A stretch of 64,000 bases of DNA from the human T2T-CHM13v2.0 reference genome, Homo sapiens, in the NCBI RefSeq assembly GCF_009914755.1, contig NC_060942.1; one strand, given 5' to 3'. Below, piece after piece: positions 56,700-64,000 of this stretch. Position 1 is the first letter of the stretch, and the number at the start of each line of letters is the position of its first letter. Under the pieces are notes generated by a model. That model had not been told where the DNA came from, did not search any database, and was given only the letters and a program-made list of their open reading frames with translations. Made by a program: the position numbers and the translations under genes.

Positions 56700-56950
56700 G
56701 ATGGCAAATGGTTATAAGAGTATTGTTAGAAAAAATAGGAATGGGTTTTAGAGACTTCAGCGTCATAAAGACAAACAATGCTCTTTTTCTTGACATCAAC
56801 CTATTTAAGGTGAAAAAGATCTCTCAGCTTTTGCTTCTATAAAAACAAAAACAGAGTGTAGGAATGGAATTGGTGCAGAATCCTAAGTGTATCAAAAATG
56901 ATACTTACCTGTGGTTACATGAATGCGTTAAGAACAGCTCCATGCCCATC
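56700..56950 (+). mobile_element. hAT-Charlie transposase C-terminal remnant
   Basis: From ~56796, decayed STYL.EK..SAFASIKTK...RNGIGAE resembles the hAT dimerisation motif STYLCE.GFS....KTK.RNRL. Confidence 0.5.
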
Positions 56951-58654
56951 ATTAGCAAGAATGTTTCCAATACAACTATACTTTTATGCTAATAATTATG
57001 GATCAAAACACATGATATATTTATATTACGATAGATTGTAAACCAAAGATTATAATGAAAACTCACTCAAAAAGTATGTTTTAACACATATGGTACAAAC
57101 AAAAATTTTAAATATCATATACATTCTTGCTGCAGATCTGAAGTGTTAGTGAGTTCTAGGCACCAGCAACAGTATGAGAGCAAGTGGCTTAGGGTCCAGC
57201 TCCCCTGGAGGTCTTCAAGAGTTGTCTCTTCCTTCTCCTCATCGCTTTCACAGTGATTTCTTGTCCTTCCCTCTATCCCTGAGATCTTCTTTCTCCCAGG
57301 AGCAACAGAATCATAGCCTATGGTCTTGATGTTTAATATCCAAGAAGAGATGAAGAAACTTCTCAGTCTCAAAGTATTAAGAACACTTTAAAAGGCTATT
57401 AAAGTTAAAGAAAAGTCAAAACTGGTTTAAGAGCCAACAAAGTTTAAATAACTGTTATCAATCCTGTGTTTTATCTCAGAGCAATGACTTTGCATGTTTA
57501 TAGTTTTTTTTTTTTTTGTAGTAATTGTTCTTGAATGGAGGAAATGGGGACTAACTACAATATTTTTTCAAAGTGCACAGGGCCACCACTCCTTACCAAC
57601 ATGGTCATAACTCCCCTTCCATTACCCTTTAATTGAAATAATTATAAGTCATATCAGACTCCATTTTTCAGTATTGAGAAAAAGATGCCAAAGTTGAAAA
57701 TATAAATTCTTTTTTGAATGTTTCTTAATTAATATATAAAACATGATGGTTGTATTTAAATTTGAAAAAATATCCCAGAAATGATGCTTCATTACTGTCA
57801 TTAGTATATATCCTATATTTGTAGTTATACAAATTTTTTTTTTCTATTCTATATGTGTCAGGATTTTAAATATAGCTGAAGGTGTCATTTAGAAAGCAAG
57901 ATGCTTATATTTTATTATTTGGGAATTAATTGGGAATAAAAATGCAGCACCATTTAAGGCATTTTATCTTTCATTGCAAATGCGCTTTTTCTCACTTTGC
58001 ACTGCTAATAAGTTTTCAGCTTTAAAAATTACTGAAATGTAGCCACAATTTAAGATGACATATTTTGCCCAATTACTTCTGGTATTTCAGATTATAGTTT
58101 CAAGATAAACAGATACACATGCACACACAAAGAGTAAATTCTTCCTTGAAATAACTTCTATAAGCTTTTCTTTTCTGGCACAAACAGCTAATTATTGCCT
58201 CCATACGGGCTGATTCTCTTGAGCTAATAAAGGTGACCTTATGGCCTTATACATATAATTCCTCACATAAATTTGAATTATTTAATGTCAAAGGTAGTAT
58301 TTCCCTCCTTTGTAAATAATATAATGATTATCATATTTGCATATTTACAACTTTGAGGATGTCAAAAGTAAGCAAGCGAAAGCAACCTCAGTAACGCCTT
58401 GTTGTGGGCAGAGGTGGGGGTTCTGAGGGGGGAATATTGTAGCTGAGCTACTGTAGATTCTGCACAGACATAAAAAGCAATAGTGATAAAATAGTAAAAG
58501 AGTATCTCCATATGAACTAGTTTAAAGGCCCTTTTATTATTTCTAATAGGGAAGTGCACTAAAGCCTTTTAATAAAAACAGTTTAGGTCATTCACTCCTG
58601 CTTGCCCCTTGCAAAATAGCTTATTTCTCCCTAGTTAACAATGCCTGATATCAG

Positions 58655-59337
58655 TGGTATTGGACATGCCCTAGGGTGAATCCCTATAATCCTCAGCCTA
58701 GTGTTCATACCTTTATAATCCCATCCTCTTGAACGTGAGCGAGACCTGTACCTTGCTTCCAGCCCATATAATGTAGAAAAAGTGATGGAATGTTACACTG
58801 TGGCAAAGGGTGGGGATTTTACAGAGGTAATTCATTAAGATCCCAACGTAGTAGATTTTGAGTTGATCAAGAAGGAGATTATCCTGGGTGTGTCTAACGT
58901 AATCAGTTGAAAGCCTTAAGGGATAGACTGGGTCTTCCCTGAGTTGAGAGACTTCAAGTAGCAGAGAATTTTCTTATTGGCTTGATGGAAGTGTTCGTAT
59001 GTCAAGGAGCTGTGGGTGGCCTGTAATTGCTGAAGACAACCCCTAGCGGACAGTCCAAAAGAATCCATGACCCTTAGTCCCATAGCAGCAAGGAAATGAA
59101 TTCTGCCAAACCTTGAGTAACTGTGGAAGTGGACATTCCTTTCCAGATGAACCTCCAGATGAGGATGCAGCCCAGTCAACACCTTGACTATAACCTTATG
59201 AGACCCTCAGGAGAGGGTGCAGCTAATTCTTTTGCCTGGATTCTCAATCCCCAGCACCTGTGAAATATTAATAATAACTGACTTGTTTTAAACTGCTAAA
59301 TTTGTGGGAACTTGTTAGGAAGCACAAAAATAATACA
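58655..59337 (+). mobile_element. MLT1E-like LTR
   Basis: gattttgagttgatcaagaaggagattatcctgggtg; caaggaaatgaattctgcca; ends aataataca. Confidence 0.8.
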
Positions 59338-61602
59338 CTTATGTTTCCAAAAAGTATATCATGTTTTATAATGCACTTACGTTCAGAAACATAATATGCT
59401 ATGTTTTAAGCATATTGCTATTATCCAGAGGTAATTCAAGTCATTGGGGAAATGGTTGATAATAATTTTTAACTTTGCCTCTCCTTTAAGTTGACCTATT
59501 TTCTTAATTTTCCTTTTGTACAGTCCTTCCTGAAATTAGTCTTAATCTGTAAAATTGATTTCAAATATACTTACTTGATGTTTGCTTAAAGTTGGTGTGG
59601 TTTTATGCTTGTTGGTAAAATATTTGTTACATTTTAATGCATTGCTCACCTGTAATAGCATTGGGTTAACCTGTATGATGTTTAAGTTAGGTGTCAATGC
59701 TCAAGCCTGTCTATATGGCCCCTATGTCTATATGCTGCCTTGGAGAAACACGTCCATGCTGTGGGAAAGTGCCAGAGAAAAACATTTAAATTCTAGTTGA
59801 TATCTTTAGCCAATATATGCCTGTTTGATATTAGGGATTATTTAACATGCTAGACCACAAATTTCCTACCTGTCTCAGTTTCCTCTTCTCAAGACATTGT
59901 TCTTAGTAATTTTTATAAAAGTACTTGAAAAACACAACATTCTAAATAAATATAAAGGATGACAAACCTGCAGTATTACGTAATAATTTATTTGATACTA
60001 CCTCGGTGCTGCAAATACACATCTTTAGAGAAGAAGCATAATGGTATCAATCTCAAGACCTGTGGGGCAGGGCCACTGATCCTTTGCAGACTGTAAAGGA
60101 GGTAATTTAGAGTCCCACTTCAGTGCATCAAAATCCATCTGCTGCCGCCCTCTTCTTGTCAGATGCAACTTGTTCTGTGCTCTTTCACTGACACATTGTT
60201 TTGCACGTTTATGTCTAAGACCATCTGGATTGTCTGGTCTACCCAATATCCTCACATGCTTCAGTTTAACATCCCTCCTCCTATCTGCCCCATTACTCAC
60301 TGTGTGATTCTGCTTCTCTGGCACCATTTTTCAGAGGGAGACGACGAGGGCACAAGCTAACTCCTTGCAGCCACCGTTTTATTGTACAACCTCAGCTAGA
60401 GTCTTGACTGTAACCACTGGGCTTCCCCAGAGCAGCTATGATTTGCTCTTTTTAAAATAGATCTTTGTGCTCTATGTATGAACTGTTATGTGTTATCTAT
60501 TTAAAAAACATCAAAATGTTAAATCCTTCATGTCTTAATAAATTGGTTGGATGTTCATTTGCTTGTTCTTTGAGGAGTTAATTCATTTTTCAGCATAGGA
60601 AACACACATATCGAAACATGCATATCACAAACCAGGAAATGGACTAAGCTTTGAAAATAGAAAAAACAAAAGTATATGTCCCTGCCATCAAGGATTTCAC
60701 AGTCTTCTGGAAATGGGGTAGGGGTGTCCCATGTTTCTCACCTCCTCTATTCCCATTACTCACTGCCTTGGAACCCACTCGATTCTGTTTGCTGGGCAGC
60801 ATTTCTCCGGGGAAGACTACTACAGAACTTTATCCTCTTTGCTTGGCATGGGGTACCTCCCACTTTCGTAGAAACTGACTCCATTCAGCCACAATTTGCG
60901 GTAAGTTTGGTCAACCTATAAGTGATAGAAAGGAGATGTGCACGGGCTCAATGGGACTCTAGAAGGGGGTATCTGTCTCAGACAGTGCTGTTCCTGATGA
61001 CCTTTGTGAGGAACATTGGGACTAAGATTTGTAGCACTGTGTGAAGTCCAAGACAGAGAAGGATTAGGCTTGCCCAGAAGCAGAAACTCTCACTTTGAAA
61101 TGGAAGTCAAAAAGAACAGATGCAGCCATTACTTAACAAATGAGCAAACAAGCAAAAAGGAACTGGAATTATGCTCACTTTGAGATGGTGGTGGAAGATC
61201 TCCTGCAAGACTGCTCTGATTGCTTGTTCTTCTTTAGTTCATATATTGAAAGTTTTTTCAGATGTCTTGGCTCCTGATTATATAATCCAGGCATTGATTC
61301 TGACCCCTTTACCAACTGAAGCACAGCTCTGTGTCATCAGTCAGCTCTCTGTTCCTACGTGACTAAGAGTTCCCCTCATCTACTCCTTCCTATTTCTGTG
61401 AAACACTAGACACTCTATCATGGTACCTTCTTCCTCTGGCTCACGGATGCTTTTTCAACAGCCCTTTCAACTTCTTAAAAATAACTCACTGATACGAAGA
61501 CAAATGTAAACTTTATTTAATATTTCAAAGAGAAGTTAGTGAAGGGTGACTGGAGGAGGGAGAGAAAATTATATCAGGTCAGTTAAAAGTTCTATGATTT
61601 TT

Positions 61603-61953
<351 letters not shown>

Positions 61954-62569
61954 CTATGGCCCTTTCCCTGCAAAGAATCTGGGCTCAATGATTTCTCACG
62001 TCTTCCTCTAGGACTTTAGTTTACAACGTTACATGATTTTTTGGTATGTGTTTGCAGAGAAACGTCCTTTCTCCTCTGAAGTTTGTGTGCTAGATTAAAA
62101 CCTGGGCTTCCAAAAACATCTTGCATTCCAAGCTTAAAATAAGAAGTTACGTCAAAGACAATGAACTTTTAAAAATGAATTCTAGTAAATAAGCCAAATT
62201 CAGAGGCATTTTTCAGCTTTAAATATTTACTTGGGTTCAGTTTTTCTACAAAGTATGACATAGGAGCATGCTTGTCTTTAAAATATTATGGGACTCATTT
62301 TGTTGAGCAAATAAGTAATGTGCTCTTATTCATATATAAAGATGATGTCACTGTTTCAACACCCATTGAACAGTGTGGCTTTGGGCTGTTTTTAGTGACC
62401 GAAATACATTATAATGGAGAAACAGTAAGCATTACTAAGGATTAAATTTGTGTTGTTTAATGTTATCATATTTACTTTAATTGTATTAATATTGAAGTCC
62501 AATTTTAGTGATCAAATAATTTGTAGTCATGTTTAGTACATGGCAATTCATATATCCTCTTCATAAGAG

Positions 62570-62870
62570 CATTTTGACTCAAATTCTGGGTTCAGAATTA
62601 ACTGGCTATGTGCTCTTAGCAAAAAAACAAAACAAAACAAACAAAAATAAACCTCCATGCTCCACAGTTTCCTCATATTTAAAAATTGGAATTCACTGAG
62701 TATTTTATACTACATCCTAGGTATATTCATAACCCTATTTATATCAAATTGTTCATCAATCAAGAGAGAAATAATACCAACTTCACTGGGTTATTGGTTA
62801 GATTAAATAAAATGGTGCGTACATGGTGCACAGCTAACTGTCTAGGGTGTGATAGATGCTTCAAAACTTT
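62570..62870 (+). mobile_element. MIR (fragmented)
   Basis: ctgggttcagaa, cagtttcctcatatttaaaaattgg, ataataccaacttcactgggttatt. Confidence 0.55.
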
Positions 62871-64000
62871 TGCAGATACATCCCTCCCCTCAAATTCCTT
62901 TTCCTCCCCTACTCTGGACCAATCGTTGTGTAAGTGTCTCATTTATGAAAGAAGCTAAAAGTAGATGAGAAATAGATGCATTGTTTTGAGCTTGTTTATA
63001 GGCAGCACATAAGCACTTCAACTGTAAATACTGTTGCTTCATGATGGGCTTGTTGGTAACTTCTATGGCACAGAATTCCTTATTGGTTTCATTAGATTGT
63101 TTTCATTTTCTTCCCCCCCATCATCTTTAATAAGTCATATCAAGATCCCCAGAAAAGGTTGTGTGGACTTCCCTGTTGATCCTGAGGGTGTCAGAGGATT
63201 AACTATAAAACAAAATTGCTATTTTTCCCTTTTCACACAAGAGCCATCCATCCAGCCGAGAGAGAGGCAGATACCCTCCCAGGGCACCTTGGCGTGCAGT
63301 GAAATATTGGTATTCGAATTAGAGTCTAATCAGGACAAGCAGACAAAGTGATGTGTTTCAGCCTTGTCTTTTTTGTAGCCAGTTACTCCAGACTCCTAGC
63401 GTTCATGTCTTCCATGTACTTTCTTTAATTAGCACTTTAATAGCTCGGCTTCAGAGAGTTAGTTCGGGAGAGAACTTTCCTAAAGCTGCCAAATGGTCAC
63501 AAGCAGGAGGTGATTAAATTTCGTCTCAAGCACCAGGCATCTGCACGCGTTCTCTGTGTCACAGTGTGCTTTTCAGGATGTGTGCCCAATAACTCCTGGC
63601 CAGAGGGATGTGATGCTCTCAGGAAACGCATTTGAAAAAGCTGCCGAGCATCATTAACCACTGTCTGTATACTATTGATTTAGATCAGTTTTCATAATAA
63701 GGCTCTCGATTCTCCATTAAGCACTGGTTTATCTTGGATGGGGAAGAAAAAACATTTGTGCAGAGATTATTGTTTTATTAGCTTTGAGCCAGAAAAAAGG
63801 AAAACAAAAAAGTTCTGTGTTTCAAATTTTTATTAGCCCTTCATGTGTTAATTATGCATGCGATTTATAGAAATATTCTTTGCTTAGAGCTTTAACCCTT
63901 TTCGTCATATACACTGACTCAATATTATGAAAATTGTGTTGATAGTCAGTAATCAAACAAGAATAAAACTCCATTTTAACGCATCTCACAGGATGTGATG

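Noticed and set aside
60289-60765. 14-bp exact repeat cccattactcactg at 60289 and 60752
   Set aside because: One such match at this spacing is plausible by chance in 64 kb, and there is no extended homology.

Overview
Primate, most likely hominoid or human, nuclear DNA. It is AT-rich and repeat-dense, with young AluY subfamilies and LTR12C. I find no intact protein-coding gene, RNA gene or CRISPR array. Most ORF-track entries are Alu, LTR12 or Tigger1 translations, or look random. Repeat names are recognised from memory of consensus sequences, not from a search, so subfamily calls and boundaries are approximate. The dominant structure is a decayed ERVL-class provirus (gag-pro-pol, + strand, about 5.4-18.75 kb) that has been hit repeatedly by later insertions, many with readable target-site duplications (TSDs). 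Its pol gene is split by a ~6.9 kb block at a TT/AAAA site. Removing younger inserts (MER57 containing MER41B; AluJ containing LTR12 containing LTR12C) leaves ~2.5 kb that looks like an old retrocopied mRNA of a gene I could not identify. That remnant has a CpG-rich, promoter-motif-rich 5' part, a nearly open 187-codon frame and an AT-rich 3' tail. Elsewhere there is an orphan gamma-type env TM remnant, a near-full-length Tigger1, old L1, L2, MIR, L3, MaLR and hAT fragments, microsatellites, and a few unique stretches that may be enhancers. I do not see evidence for a new biological system; the retrocopy/LTR12/MER41B block is the best candidate for follow-up.
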